From: Nitrospirota bacterium
GTDB lineage: Bacteria > Nitrospirota > UBA9217
DNA: 64,000 nt
Assembly (NCBI GenBank): GCA_963751455.1
Contig: CAVVUN010000015.1
Coordinates: 1,376,001-1,440,000, forward strand
Direction of reading: 5' to 3'
Notes under the pieces: model-generated
Database searches by the model: none
Seen by the model: the letters and a program-made list of their open reading frames with translations, nothing else
Told to the model about the DNA's origin: nothing
Shown here: positions 39,321 through 50,184 of the stretch, piece after piece
Layout: each line of letters begins with the position of its first letter
Numbering within the stretch: the first letter of the stretch is position 1
Position numbers and translations under genes: made by a program

Positions 39321-39674
39321 ATGGATTTTATTGTAGAATTCTATGAGACGGAAACAGGCGCGTGTCCCGTGCGGGATTTTCTGGGCGAGCTGAAAAACTC
39401 CGATCCGGATGACTTCGCCGCCGTGATCGCCGGCCTGGCGAAACTGCGGAACCGTCAGTACCATCGGGAGCCGCTGTCCAAGGCGCTTGGAGCAGGGCTG
39501 TATGAACTGCGCCATGTGGGTAAACTCAACACTCGCGTTCTCTGGTTCTTCGTAAAGGACCGCAGAATCGTCGCCGTACACGGAATCCGGAACAAGGGCC
39601 GGGCCATTCCGGAGCGAGATATGGCAACCGCACGGGAACGGATGCGAGACTGGCTGAAGAGGGTAGAACGATGA
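39321..39674 (+). CDS. RelE/ParE (Gp49-like) toxin
   Basis: VEFYETETGACPVRDFL...GLYELR...RVLWFF...VHGIRNK; toxin-first (HigBA-type) order. Confidence 0.85.
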   Translation: MDFIVEFYETETGACPVRDFLGELKNSDPDDFAAVIAGLAKLRNRQYHREPLSKALGAGLYELRHVGKLNTRVLWFFVKDRRIVAVHGIRNKGRAIPERDMATARERMRDWLKRVER

Positions 39675-40042
39675 AAAAGACTAATTTTGATAAATATCTC
39701 GACGAGCAATTGAAGGACCCGGAGTTTGCAGCTCGCTTCGAGCGTGCCGGGGAGGCCTGGGACGTGGCTCTCCAGATCGCCGCGCTTCGCACGCAAGCCG
39801 GACTTTCCCAGAAGGACCTCGCGAAGCTTCTCAAAGTATCCCAGCAGCAGATCAGCAGACTTGAATCGCCGGGCTACGAAGGCCATTCCCTGAGCACCCT
39901 GAGGAGTGTGGCTAAGGCCCTGCACGCGCGTGTGCGCGTGACCTTCGAGCCGGAGAAGAAAAGGGCCGGGATGCGCGTCGCCGAACGCTGTGAGAAATAT
40001 GGGACGAGACGCGTAATGGGCGCTCGCACGAGAGCAAAATAA
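39671..40042 (+). CDS. XRE-HTH antitoxin (HigA-like)
   Basis: LKDPEFAARFE...GLSQKDLAKLLKVSQQQISRLE; ATGA overlap with the toxin. Confidence 0.85.
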   Translation: MKKTNFDKYLDEQLKDPEFAARFERAGEAWDVALQIAALRTQAGLSQKDLAKLLKVSQQQISRLESPGYEGHSLSTLRSVAKALHARVRVTFEPEKKRAGMRVAERCEKYGTRRVMGARTRAK

Positions 40043-40062
40043 GGAAGCAGTCCTTGATTTTC

Positions 40063-40091
40063 TTGACAAAAAGGTTCAACTCAACCATAAT
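40063..40091 (+). promoter_or_regulatory. Sigma70-type promoter upstream of hsdR
   Basis: TTGACA-17-CATAAT. Confidence 0.6.
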
Positions 40092-40152
40092 CAAATCCAA
40101 CCACGATAGTTTCCTTCCTGGATAAAAAAATCTTATTTAAGCCAGAAGGCAG

Positions 40153-41826
40153 ATGATGCCAGGATCCGAAGACATAGCCCGCGAACAGATTGACCGGATG
40201 CTGGAACAGGCAGGCTGGTCTGTTCAGGATGTGGGCAAGGCGAACATCCATGAAAAGAGGGGCGTCGCTCTTCGGGAGTTCCCGCTAAAAAACGGCTGCG
40301 GATTCGCGGATTACCTTCTCTATGTTAACGGCCAGGCAGCGGGTGTGATCGAGGCGAAGAAAGAAGGTTCAACCCTTACCGGTGTCGAGATCCAATCGGA
40401 CAAGTATAGTAAAGGCCTCCCTGATGGGCTTCCTGCCTGGTGCCGGCCGCTTCCTTTCTGCTACCAATCAACCGGAACCGAAACCAGATTCACGAACGGT
40501 TTCGATCCCGAGCCTTGTTCCAGAAACGTCTTCAGCTTTCACCGGCCTGAAACACTTTCCTCGTGGTTAATTGATGGTGTACCCGGACATGACCTCGCTG
40601 CTGAAGCTGCTGTCGTTTACGGCAAACAATCGACCCTCAACTCCCGCATCCGCCAGATGCCGCCGTTGATCGAAGACGGCCTCTGGCCGGCGCAGATAGT
40701 CGCGATCAAGAACCTCGAAAAGTCTCTTGCCGAGAACCGTCCCCGCGCCCTTATCCAGATGGCGACGGGAAGCGGCAAAACCTTCACCGCCATCACCTTC
40801 CTGTACCGGTTGATCAAGTTCGGCGGAGCCAAGCGGGTCCTGTTCCTCGTTGACCGGGGCAATCTCGGCAGGCAGGCCTTGAAGGAATTCCAGCAGTACC
40901 TCTCGCCCTACAACAACTTCAAGTTCACCGAAGAGTACATCGCCCAGCGCCTCACGTCCAATACGCTCGATACTACCGCCCGGGTCTGCATCTGCACGAT
41001 ACAGCGACTCTACTCCATGCTCAAAGGCGTGGATCTGCCCGAAGAAGGGGACGAGGAGTCCGCGCAGGGTCTGGAAACTGTTTATAAGGAAGTGCCGCCC
41101 CTGGAATACAACCCCGCCATTCCCATCGAAACCTTCGACATCATCGTGACCGACGAATGCCACCGCTCCATCTACAACCTCTGGCGCCAGGTGCTCGAAT
41201 ACTTCGACGCTTCGATCATTGGCCTTACCGCCACACCGAACAAACAGACCTTCGGGTTCTTCCATCAGAATCTCGTGATGGAGTACGGACACGAGCAGGC
41301 AGTTGCCGACGGCGTGAACGTGAACTACGACGTTTACCGCATCAAGACCGCGATCACCGAGGCTGGCGGAAGGGTCGAGGCCGGCTTTTATGTGGACAAG
41401 CGCGACCGCGAGACCCGGGCTGTGCGGTGGGAGCGGCTCGACGAGGACCTGGCCTACGATCCTGACCAGCTCGACCGGCAGGTTGTTACGCCTGACCAGA
41501 TACGCACCGTGGTCCGGACCTATAAGGATAAGGTGCTGACCGAGATCTTCCCGGGCAGGACCTGGGTGCCCAAAACGCTCATCTTTGCCAAGGACGATTC
41601 CCATGCCGAAGATATAGTAAAGATCGTGCGCGAAGAGTTCGCCAAAGGCAATGACTTCTGTCAGAAGATCACCTACAAGACCACGGGCAGAAAGCCTGAG
41701 GACCTGATCGCCGAGTTCCGCACCAGCCCCATGCCGCGTATCGCCGTTACGGTCGACATGATCGCGACCGGCACGGACATCAAGCCCCTATTTATCGAAA
41801 GGGAATACATATATGGCACAAATTAG
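40153..41826 (+). pseudogene. hsdR: Type I restriction subunit R (EcoAI/EcoEI-like), C-terminally truncated
   Basis: ADY..IEAK nuclease motif, MATGSGKT, DECHR, GLTATP. Ends just after DMIATGTDIKPL, lacking helicase motif VI and the C-terminal domain. Confidence 0.85.
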
Positions 41827-44284
41827 TCGCGAAAGAACTGGCGAATTTCTGAAGGAAACGTTGCGTGTTCTCAAGGAAAAGGGTGGAGAGTATCCGTCCG
41901 GCGAGTTGATAAAAGTGGCCGGCAAGCGACTATCACTTTCGCCATATGAAAAAAGCATTAACAACTCGGGACAATATCGCTGGATAACAAATCTCCGCTT
42001 CTATTCTATCGGCCTTGTTAAAGCCGGGTGGGTCGAAAAGAGTGGAAGAACATGGAAGTTGACAGATTCGGCAAGAGATTTTGAAACTCTGGCACCGATC
42101 GAAATCTTTAACTTCATTGTTGAGGCATATGACAAGTGGAATGCTAATCGAAGCGGCAAGGAGGTTCTTGGGGAAGTTGAGATAGAGGACGACCAGGAGC
42201 CAGAAGTACTGATGGAGGTAAAGCCAGACGACATCACATTTCAGAATTTAATAGTCGGCATCACTAATCGCAAAATACAAATTCCTCCATTTCAGCGCTC
42301 TTTTGTGTGGCAACCTTCAGATATTCGATATTTGTTAGATAGTATTTACCGCGGATATCCGGTTGGCAGTTTTATCTTTTGGAAAACGAATCGTAAACTA
42401 CCGCGCACGAGAAATATCGGCAACCTCTCGCTGGATAGCAAGGATATATCTCAAGGAACTGAAATATCATATGTACTTGACGGACAGCAAAGAATTACCT
42501 CTCTCTATGCTGCAGTAAAAGAATCAACTATAGACGATGAGAAATACCGTTTTTTATTTGATTTACGCGGGAAGAAATTCATTGTTGGCAAGTCAGACGA
42601 CGAGGGTAATGGGAACTTATTAGCAAAGGATAAAGACAATCTTCAGATCTCAATCGGAACCATATTTAGCGAAAGTCGTTCATCCTATCGTCAGATAATC
42701 CGTCAATATCCTGACGAATACGAGGCAATCCTCGACAACCTCTACGACCGTTTCGTAAGTTACCGGTTTTCTGTTATTCAGGTCATAGATCAAAACCCCT
42801 CAACCGATGAAAAACAAACTGAGGGTGTGCGTCAGGTTGTTCGTATGTTTTCAAGGATAAACGAGACGGGACGTAAGCTGACCGTAGTTGCTAAAATGGT
42901 TGCACGATGTTGGGGGGAAGGGTTTGACCTTCGCGAATCATTAGACGCATTCTTTTCACGAGAAAAGGAGCTCGAGGTAATCAGAGAAGAAACGCTGTTG
43001 CAAGCAGCCTCCGTTATTCTAAATTTCAAGAAAGCTCGGTCACGAGATATTTTGGATAAAACGAATATCCGCAAATTAGAAGCTGAATGGGACAATATTA
43101 TTTCAGCCTTTTTGCTGGCAGTTGAATTCGTTAAGTCGAAAGTGAAAATAAGGACGCTGGATTACTTGCCGTTTGACATTCTCTTAGTGCCCCTGGCCTA
43201 TATTTTCTATAAGAAGCCAGCGTTAGACCACAAACAGACGCAGATAGTAGAAAATTGGTTCTGGCGCGCGTGTCTATCCAATAGATACGATGCGACGGTC
43301 GAAGCCAAAATTGAAGAAGACTGTGATACGTTCGACGAACTGCTTGAAGGTAAAAAGCCAACATTTGATTACCTCATCGATTGGGAGACCCTTAAGAGTC
43401 GCCTTGTTGCTCAAAGATATAATTTACGCAATGCATTTGTGAAGACAATTCTCGCGCTGTACTCGTATGTAGAGCCAAAGAATCTTGCTGATGGAAGAGC
43501 CGTTTCTTTTGAGAAAGTTTTTTCTGGTTACTATAAACATAACTTGCATCATATATTTCCACAAGCCTACCTTCGAAAACATGAGCCTGGAAAAAAGGAT
43601 ATGTTCGATAGCGTCATGAATATAATGTTTATACCGGCAATTACCAACATTGAAATTAGAGACGCTGCACCCGGTAAGTATTTTACTGATCTTCAAATTG
43701 CGAATGAAGAATTCGACGAGATCCTGCAGTCACACTATATTCCTAAATATCAGAAATCAGGACTGCCGGAAAATAAATTTTTAGAGTTTCTGGATTATAG
43801 GGCTAACCAACTTTTCAAAGCGTTTCGAGTCAGGACTGGTATCGCCTCGCCTACAGAGGAGTATTTCGATAAGAATCCGTCAAAGCCGATCGATATTCTT
43901 GAGAATCGAATGCGAAATATTATTCATGAGACATTACGGCAACAAGTTGAAGGGTCATATTGGGGTGACTACATTCCAACAGATATTCAAACTGCTGTGG
44001 ATAAAAAAATCCAAGAAGATCTCAAGCGACATCCATATAAACTCGAAGAATATATGCGCGACGATGTGCGAATCACATTTCTTGATATTATGGACTATTC
44101 AAAGATCATCCTGCTTAATTGGTCTGTATTTGGCCAGATATTTTCCAGCAAAGGTGAAATTGAACCACGTTTTCTTGCGCTGAAAAATTACAGAAATCCA
44201 GTTAAGCATGGCAGAGAATTAAGTGAAGTAGATAAGCAAAAAGGCGAGGCGGCTGTGCTGTGGTTAGAAAAGATACTTCAATAA
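41813..44284 (+). CDS. GmrSD-like type IV restriction protein: Mrr-N-like wHTH + DUF262 + HNH-like (DUF1524) + Swt1-like HEPN
   Basis: IPPFQRSFVW, LDGQQR, FSRINETG (DUF262); LHHIFP...N; C-terminal RNPVKH. Confidence 0.82.
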   Translation: MAQISRERTGEFLKETLRVLKEKGGEYPSGELIKVAGKRLSLSPYEKSINNSGQYRWITNLRFYSIGLVKAGWVEKSGRTWKLTDSARDFETLAPIEIFNFIVEAYDKWNANRSGKEVLGEVEIEDDQEPEVLMEVKPDDITFQNLIVGITNRKIQIPPFQRSFVWQPSDIRYLLDSIYRGYPVGSFIFWKTNRKLPRTRNIGNLSLDSKDISQGTEISYVLDGQQRITSLYAAVKESTIDDEKYRFLFDLRGKKFIVGKSDDEGNGNLLAKDKDNLQISIGTIFSESRSSYRQIIRQYPDEYEAILDNLYDRFVSYRFSVIQVIDQNPSTDEKQTEGVRQVVRMFSRINETGRKLTVVAKMVARCWGEGFDLRESLDAFFSREKELEVIREETLLQAASVILNFKKARSRDILDKTNIRKLEAEWDNIISAFLLAVEFVKSKVKIRTLDYLPFDILLVPLAYIFYKKPALDHKQTQIVENWFWRACLSNRYDATVEAKIEEDCDTFDELLEGKKPTFDYLIDWETLKSRLVAQRYNLRNAFVKTILALYSYVEPKNLADGRAVSFEKVFSGYYKHNLHHIFPQAYLRKHEPGKKDMFDSVMNIMFIPAITNIEIRDAAPGKYFTDLQIANEEFDEILQSHYIPKYQKSGLPENKFLEFLDYRANQLFKAFRVRTGIASPTEEYFDKNPSKPIDILENRMRNIIHETLRQQVEGSYWGDYIPTDIQTAVDKKIQEDLKRHPYKLEEYMRDDVRITFLDIMDYSKIILLNWSVFGQIFSSKGEIEPRFLALKNYRNPVKHGRELSEVDKQKGEAAVLWLEKILQ

Positions 44285-44329
44285 AAAAATCAATAGCGTA
44301 TTACACTATAAAAGCGATGGGAGGTTTGA

Positions 44330-45760
44330 ATGGGCACGCTACATAGGCAGTTGCAATATATCAATCCTCAGGATATAGCGTTTGATAAGGATAACCCACG
44401 TGGCTGGACGGAAGATCAAATTGTGAATGATCCTAATTTTAAGAAATTGAAATCTTCTATCGAAGAATATGGAATTCTAGAGCCAGTCATAATAAAGAAA
44501 GATGAATCTAACGAAGCTGCTTATGTTTTAATTGACGGTGAGCGACGATTGCGCGCTGCCTTAGCGGCTGATCAAAAAGAAGTCCCTAGTTTAATCGCAA
44601 AGGACGATACTGATGGAAGAATATTGGCATATCAAGTCCACATGCTCCGCAATAATTGGGACAAGGCTGCCGAAACTAAAGCTATTAAGAAATTGATTGG
44701 AGATCTTAGGAATGAGAATCCGTCAATTACTGAAGATGCGATAAAAGCTAAATTAATTAAGATCACCGCGCATAAAGATCATGAATTGAACGATATTCTC
44801 GAATTAATAAAATATGACGATCACATTATCGAATCAGTAATAAGTAAACAATTGAACATGAGTTATTTAGTTCAGATTGAACGCAGTTTTATAAATCCGT
44901 TAAAAAGGCATTATGATGGGATTGTTACCGCATATGGCGAGGATAATATTCGTCGCATACTAATTCAAAAAGCTATTGGCGGCAATCTAGTAAATACCAG
45001 ATTCTTAATGGATAAGTTTAAAGTTGTTTTTGCAGATGAAATGGGGCGGAAGGATAAAATATCAAAAATACTGACCAGTTTTTTGGGAGCTAAGAATAAA
45101 TCGATTCAAAAATCGCTTGATGAATATTCTAATTTAGATAAGCATCGAGAACAGAAAGCCGTAAAGACACCGAAGAAAGCGGTAACAAGTAAAACCGCAT
45201 TGGCAAAAAAGGAGTCGCAAGTAGAGATCTTTAGCTACAAGAAGATCCGAGTCACGAAGAAACAATTAACTTCGATCGAAGACATTCGAGCTAATTATGA
45301 AAAGATCGGTACAAGTTATAGTGAAGAGGAGAATGAATATATTGCAGAAGCCCTTTTCTGCCTAGAGAAGCACTGCTTCAAGGCTGCAACCTTAATGATC
45401 TGGTCTTCCAGTATCAGCCGGATACTAAATTATATTGGTAGTAATTTGGCAGATTTTAATAAAGCAACTACCAATATGATCGCGAATCCAAAAAATGTTT
45501 ACAAATATATTGCAAAGAATTTTATGAAGGGTGCTGGTTCGGTTGATGATATTCGCCTAAATAGTAACGATAGACATGCAATAAGTTTTATATATTACAA
45601 AAACTTTATTACCGAAACTCAATGTAAAAAATTGTTTAGTGATTACTCAACAAGATGCGACTGTGCGCATCCAACGGATATTAAGATATCTCCTAATCAG
45701 GCAATATCCATATTTGAAAATATTTACGATTTGATTCTAAATAACCCGAAAATAAAATGA
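44330..45760 (+). CDS. ParB/Srx N-terminal domain protein with C-terminal HEPN-like domain
   Basis: LKSSIEEYGILEPV...LIDGERRLRA; C-terminal EALFCL..HCFKAATLMIW...RCDCAHP (Rx4H). Confidence 0.72.
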   Translation: MGTLHRQLQYINPQDIAFDKDNPRGWTEDQIVNDPNFKKLKSSIEEYGILEPVIIKKDESNEAAYVLIDGERRLRAALAADQKEVPSLIAKDDTDGRILAYQVHMLRNNWDKAAETKAIKKLIGDLRNENPSITEDAIKAKLIKITAHKDHELNDILELIKYDDHIIESVISKQLNMSYLVQIERSFINPLKRHYDGIVTAYGEDNIRRILIQKAIGGNLVNTRFLMDKFKVVFADEMGRKDKISKILTSFLGAKNKSIQKSLDEYSNLDKHREQKAVKTPKKAVTSKTALAKKESQVEIFSYKKIRVTKKQLTSIEDIRANYEKIGTSYSEEENEYIAEALFCLEKHCFKAATLMIWSSSISRILNYIGSNLADFNKATTNMIANPKNVYKYIAKNFMKGAGSVDDIRLNSNDRHAISFIYYKNFITETQCKKLFSDYSTRCDCAHPTDIKISPNQAISIFENIYDLILNNPKIK

Positions 45761-46857
45761 ACATACTATTAGTCGAGCCTGAATATCCGATTCCGGCAAA
45801 AAGCAAAAACCACTGCAATTTTCTCCCCATTGGTCTTCTAAAGATAGCCGCCTATCATAGATCGATAGGCGATAAAATTTCATTGCACAGAGGTAATTAT
45901 CACGGCAGAAAACAACCTGATGAGATTAAGATAACCTCGCTTTTTACCTATTGGTCTAAGCAAGTATGGGATAGCGTATCGTTTTACAAGAATGCATACC
46001 CTAGTGCCAGTATACAAGTGGGTGGAATCTACGCATCCTTAATGCCTGAGCATGCTAAACAATCAGGCTGTGATAATGTTCAAGTTGGTTTATATCAAAA
46101 GGGGTTGGCTGAGAAGTGTAACCCAGCTTACGATTTGGTTGATGTTGATTACCAAATTGTTCATGCATCGCGTGGTTGTTTCCGAAAATGTAATTTTTGC
46201 GGCACATGGAAAATCGAACCGGACGTCACATATAAGAAGGGCATTAGGAGCGAGATTAAGAAAAAGAGACTTGTTTTCTATGACAATAACTTAATTGCCA
46301 ATCCGCATATAAAGGATATCCTGACAGAACTTGAAGAATATAGATTCCGTGATAGAAGCTGTGTAAGTTGCGAAAGTCAGAGTGGGTTGGATGGGAGGTT
46401 GTTGACAAAAGATCCTGAGATTGCAACTTTGCTAAAGAAAGCACATTTCAAATTTCCGAGGATAGCTTGGGATGGCCCATATAATCACTGGCCCAAGATA
46501 AAGGACCAAATCCAAATTCTAAAGGAAGCTGGATTTCCAGATATGGATATATTTGTATTTATGATATTTAATCACCATCTCTCATATGAGGAAATGAGAA
46601 GCAAGCTCGACGCTTGCCGTCGATGGGGCGTTCGGGTAATAGATTGTAGATATAGACCGCTTATCAGCACGCATGATGGATACAATTCGCGAGTGAAAAG
46701 CCAAACGGAAGAGGAATATTTTATACATGATGGTTGGACAGATAAACAAGTAAGGTTTTTTCGACGCGCGGTGAGAAGACAGAATATCGCCATAATGTTA
46801 GAGTTGCCGAATGGGCGATATATTGAAGGTGTCGAAAGGAAATATATTTACTTCTAG
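45757..46857 (+). CDS. Cobalamin-binding-type radical SAM protein
   Basis: NILLVEP, PIGLLKIA, GGIYASL, SRGCFRKCNFC (CxxxCxxC), FYDNN; ATGA overlap with the ParB gene. Confidence 0.82.
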   Translation: MNILLVEPEYPIPAKSKNHCNFLPIGLLKIAAYHRSIGDKISLHRGNYHGRKQPDEIKITSLFTYWSKQVWDSVSFYKNAYPSASIQVGGIYASLMPEHAKQSGCDNVQVGLYQKGLAEKCNPAYDLVDVDYQIVHASRGCFRKCNFCGTWKIEPDVTYKKGIRSEIKKKRLVFYDNNLIANPHIKDILTELEEYRFRDRSCVSCESQSGLDGRLLTKDPEIATLLKKAHFKFPRIAWDGPYNHWPKIKDQIQILKEAGFPDMDIFVFMIFNHHLSYEEMRSKLDACRRWGVRVIDCRYRPLISTHDGYNSRVKSQTEEEYFIHDGWTDKQVRFFRRAVRRQNIAIMLELPNGRYIEGVERKYIYF

Positions 46858-46883
46858 CGTCTTAAAAGGAACCAATAAAATTT

Positions 46884-48206
46884 ATGCCTGCGTGCGTGGG
46901 TGATAAAGAGTTAAGGCGTATTATAAGCACAGAGGGCGTGAGTAAAAAGTGCGCAATTTGTTCAGCGCGTCGAAAGTGTATTACGTTGGGGGAGTTAGCA
47001 TCCCTCGTGGATGGAGTCTATAGGGAATTCTATAGGCCTGGCCGGGAGGAACCGATCTTTGACGACGAGGGTGATGGTGTGCGCTATGAACAGGAAGGCG
47101 ATTCCCCAGAAGACATAATCGCAGAAATTACAGGTACAGACACTGATATTGGAGTCGCTATCAGAGACATTCTGGCAGAACAAAATGTTCGGGACATTCG
47201 GGATGGCGATGACCCCTACTATGATTCCGGATTTCGCTATGAACCAATCAGCCTTTACCCTTATCATCTTCATGAAACATGGCTGGCCTTTTGTGAGAGG
47301 ATAAAGCACGTTAGAAGATTTTATGATGAAGACAGTAAGACCATGTTGTCAACTCTGTTAGGACAAATCAAGGATATACCATCTACAAGTTCTATATCGA
47401 CGTTAGTGCGGACATTTAAGCCAGGAGTAAGTGAATTTCATTTATACCGGGCTCGCCGAGCTAAGAACGCCGATGAACTCAAGCAAATAATGACAAATCC
47501 GGAAATGGAACTTGGTCCGCCATCTGGTAAATTTGGTTATAGTGGCCGAATGAATCCTCACGGTATTTCGGTTTTTTATGGAGGGCTGAAAAAAGACATC
47601 TGCATTTCAGAAGTAAGGCCATTTGTCGGTGAATATGTAGTAGTGGGAGAATTTCAAGTTCTGAAAGAATTGCAAATGCTAGATTTGAGTTATTTTGACA
47701 AGCCTCCAATTTCCGGGAGCATGTTTGAGCAAGGTTATCGAGAAAGAGCTGAACTCCGGATGTTTATGCGATCTTTCCAAAATATTATTTCGCGCCCAAT
47801 TCAACCGCACGAAGAAAACATTGAATACATTCCGACGCAAGCAGTCGCGGAATATCTTGCAAATGTCTTGAAATTTGATGGTCTGATCTATTTGTCAGCA
47901 CAAACGGGACAGACTAGCCCTGATAATGTCGTGATGTTCAGCCATGCTGCCCATGTTGCTGCTGAGAGTAAACCTAAAAAATCAACATCGATAAAGCGTA
48001 AAAGCAGATCTCGCTTATCAAAATTCGCGCTGGATTCCACATTGGAAAACTGGAGCATAATACCGGAGCCAGCACTTCAATATGTTAAAGGCAGTGCTGA
48101 AATTTATAGGATAACAAGCAATAATTATAATCATGAACAGCTCCCAGAGGTTGTATCATCTCTTGATGATGCGGGGTTGCAGAGATTCTTGGGGGCAGAA
48201 GACTAA
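46884..48206 (+). CDS. RES domain protein with Cys-containing N-terminal domain
   Basis: YRAR, GRMNPHGISVFY, EVRP, YIPTQAVAEYL, GLIYLSAQ. Confidence 0.82.
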   Translation: MPACVGDKELRRIISTEGVSKKCAICSARRKCITLGELASLVDGVYREFYRPGREEPIFDDEGDGVRYEQEGDSPEDIIAEITGTDTDIGVAIRDILAEQNVRDIRDGDDPYYDSGFRYEPISLYPYHLHETWLAFCERIKHVRRFYDEDSKTMLSTLLGQIKDIPSTSSISTLVRTFKPGVSEFHLYRARRAKNADELKQIMTNPEMELGPPSGKFGYSGRMNPHGISVFYGGLKKDICISEVRPFVGEYVVVGEFQVLKELQMLDLSYFDKPPISGSMFEQGYRERAELRMFMRSFQNIISRPIQPHEENIEYIPTQAVAEYLANVLKFDGLIYLSAQTGQTSPDNVVMFSHAAHVAAESKPKKSTSIKRKSRSRLSKFALDSTLENWSIIPEPALQYVKGSAEIYRITSNNYNHEQLPEVVSSLDDAGLQRFLGAED

Positions 48207-48282
48207 TATTTTGAATAACCGAGAATCTTCCACGAGTCCCAAAACAAGTTCCAAGGGACTGATTGGGGTCTGACTTAAGTCT

Positions 48283-48321
48283 GTAATTATTTATAGCCCT
48301 GCTGCAATCGTATCGAAACTC
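48283..48321 (+). pseudogene. hsdM: Tiny hsdM 5' stub
   Basis: cctgctgcaatcgtatcgaaactc encodes PAAIVSKL, as at 50871 and 54069; ends at the GAACCTATAGGGTCA repeat. Confidence 0.6.
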
Positions 48322-48322
48322 G

Positions 48323-48357
48323 GAACCTATAGGGTCAGGTCTTTCTTCTTGATATTG
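48323..48357 (+). repeat. GAACCTATAGGGTCA-type dispersed repeat (also 51079, 57988; variants 56607, 56650)
   Basis: The exact 15-mer occurs three times, each followed by a similar (a/g/c)gtctt...ttg tail. Confidence 0.75.
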
Positions 48358-48501
48358 CTTCTTTTTGACGTTGTGTGCGGGATAAATCATTAGGGTTGCC
48401 TCTTGCAGTGGGCAATTTATGAGACACTTTTCTTGCATAATAGATTGTGCGATGTTGGATTGTGATGCATAACCACGCTGTAACCGTTTGGAGAAGCTGA
48501 T

Positions 48502-49407
48502 ATGAGCGACAAGGACAAATTCCTTTTCTACACTGCGGAAGACGGCTCGGTAAAGGTTGAGGTTCTGTATAAGGAAGAAACTGTCTGGCTGACTCAGAAG
48601 GCGCTGGCCGAGCTTTTCGGTGTTCGTGTCCCGGCCGTTAATAAACATTTGAAAAATATATTCGAAACCCACGAATTAGTGGAAGATTCAGTTGTTTCCA
48701 TTTTGGAAACAACTGCGGCTGACGGTAAAAGTTACAAAACCAGGTACTACAACCTCGATGCCATCATTGCCGTCGGGTGCCGGGTCAACAGCTATCAGGC
48801 GACGCAATTCCGCATCTGGGCGACCAAGACGCTGAAGGAATTCATCATCAAGGGCTTTGTGCTGGATGACGAACGGCTCAAACAGGGGAAGACGGTCTTC
48901 GGCAAGGATTATTTCGATGAACTGCTGGAACGCATTCGGGAAATACGCGCAAGCGAGCGGCGATTCTATGAGAAAATAACGGATATCTACGCGCTGTCGG
49001 CGGATTACGACAGGGAATCACCTCTGACCAAGGAATTCTTCTCCACCGTTCAGAACAAATTACACTGGGCCATCTCCGGCAAAACCGCAGCTGAAATCAT
49101 TTATCCCTCGGCTGATGCGACCAGGATTTACATGGGACTCACGAATTGGAAGCACGCGCCCGGCGGCAAAATATTGAAGTCCGATGTGGTCGTGGTCAAG
49201 AACTATCTCAGTGAAAAGCATATCAAAGAATTGAACCGCATCGTTTCCGCATACCTGGACCTCGCTGAGAACCGTGCAGAGCGGCAGATCCTCATGAAAA
49301 TGGAAGACTGGATCGGATTTCTTCATGGTTTTCTGGATCTGTCCAATTATCCTATCCTGAAAGACAGCGGCAAGGTTAACCAATGGGTAAAGGAAACGGT
49401 AGCTTAA
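48502..49407 (+). CDS. rhuM: RhuM family protein (probably missing its last helix)
   Basis: ETVWLTQKALAELF, YNLDAIIAVG, ATQFRIWAT, DYFDELLERIREIRASE, QNKLHWA. Confidence 0.88.
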   Translation: MSDKDKFLFYTAEDGSVKVEVLYKEETVWLTQKALAELFGVRVPAVNKHLKNIFETHELVEDSVVSILETTAADGKSYKTRYYNLDAIIAVGCRVNSYQATQFRIWATKTLKEFIIKGFVLDDERLKQGKTVFGKDYFDELLERIREIRASERRFYEKITDIYALSADYDRESPLTKEFFSTVQNKLHWAISGKTAAEIIYPSADATRIYMGLTNWKHAPGGKILKSDVVVVKNYLSEKHIKELNRIVSAYLDLAENRAERQILMKMEDWIGFLHGFLDLSNYPILKDSGKVNQWVKETVA

Positions 49408-49484
49408 AGTACATTGTGCGTGCGGTTATTCACTGATTTGCTGAACTACTACGCTAATAATATACTGTGGAATAGGAACGATTC

Positions 49485-50183
49485 ATGATGACTGAGTTTT
49501 GTGAGATGAATATCTATTGTGACGAGAGCAGGCATACTTCTAACCCCGAAGATGCCTATATGGTCATCGGTGCGTTGTCGTGTCCGCGCGATCAGAAAAC
49601 GATGCTCACGCAAAAGATAAATCTTATAAAGAAAGAACATGGTATCGGTGGTGAATTCGGCTGGAAAAAGCTATCTCCTAATCACAAGAAATTTTATTGG
49701 GCCTTGCTTGAGCTCTTTAAAAAAGAGAATGCCCTTGCTTTCCGTTGTCTTGTTGTTGATCGTAATCTTCTCGATCACGGTCAATATAATCTAGGTGATG
49801 AAGAACTAGGATTTTATAAGCTCTACTATCAGATGCTGGGTAATTGGCTGAGGCCTCGTTGTTCGTATCATATATACCTCGACTGGCAGCGAAACAAGAC
49901 TCAGAAGCGATTTGTTGATCTTCGGGAGTTACTGAGGCGAAAGCTGATCGGCAAGGCGAAGATTGCCTGCCTAGAACCGGTAAGCTCCCATAATCTGCCA
50001 CTGCTTCAGTTGTCCGATTTGTTTATAGGCGCGGTTGGATATGCTTGGAATGAAAGAACTGGTAGCGCAACTAAGATCGAATTTTGTAATGACTTGGCTG
50101 CAGCTGTTGGATTTGCACAGTTGAAAGTGTCAACGTTCCCGAGTGCTGAAAAATTCAATATATTTCACTTCACGGGGCGCTGA
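49485..50183 (+). CDS. DUF3800 domain protein (RNase H-like fold)
   Basis: IYCDES near the N-terminus, IYLD centrally, LQLSDLFIG near the C-terminus; start may be 49506. Confidence 0.85.
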   Translation: MMTEFCEMNIYCDESRHTSNPEDAYMVIGALSCPRDQKTMLTQKINLIKKEHGIGGEFGWKKLSPNHKKFYWALLELFKKENALAFRCLVVDRNLLDHGQYNLGDEELGFYKLYYQMLGNWLRPRCSYHIYLDWQRNKTQKRFVDLRELLRRKLIGKAKIACLEPVSSHNLPLLQLSDLFIGAVGYAWNERTGSATKIEFCNDLAAAVGFAQLKVSTFPSAEKFNIFHFTGR

Positions 50184-50184
50184 G

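Noticed and set aside
40567-41604. Long antisense ORFs (also 31498-32265, 55740-56456, 59067-60098)
   Set aside because: Shadows of GC-rich sense genes, with no motifs of their own.
45757-46857. Prokaryotic viperin
   Set aside because: It has an N-terminal cobalamin-binding-type region and an SRGC class B context, unlike viperins.
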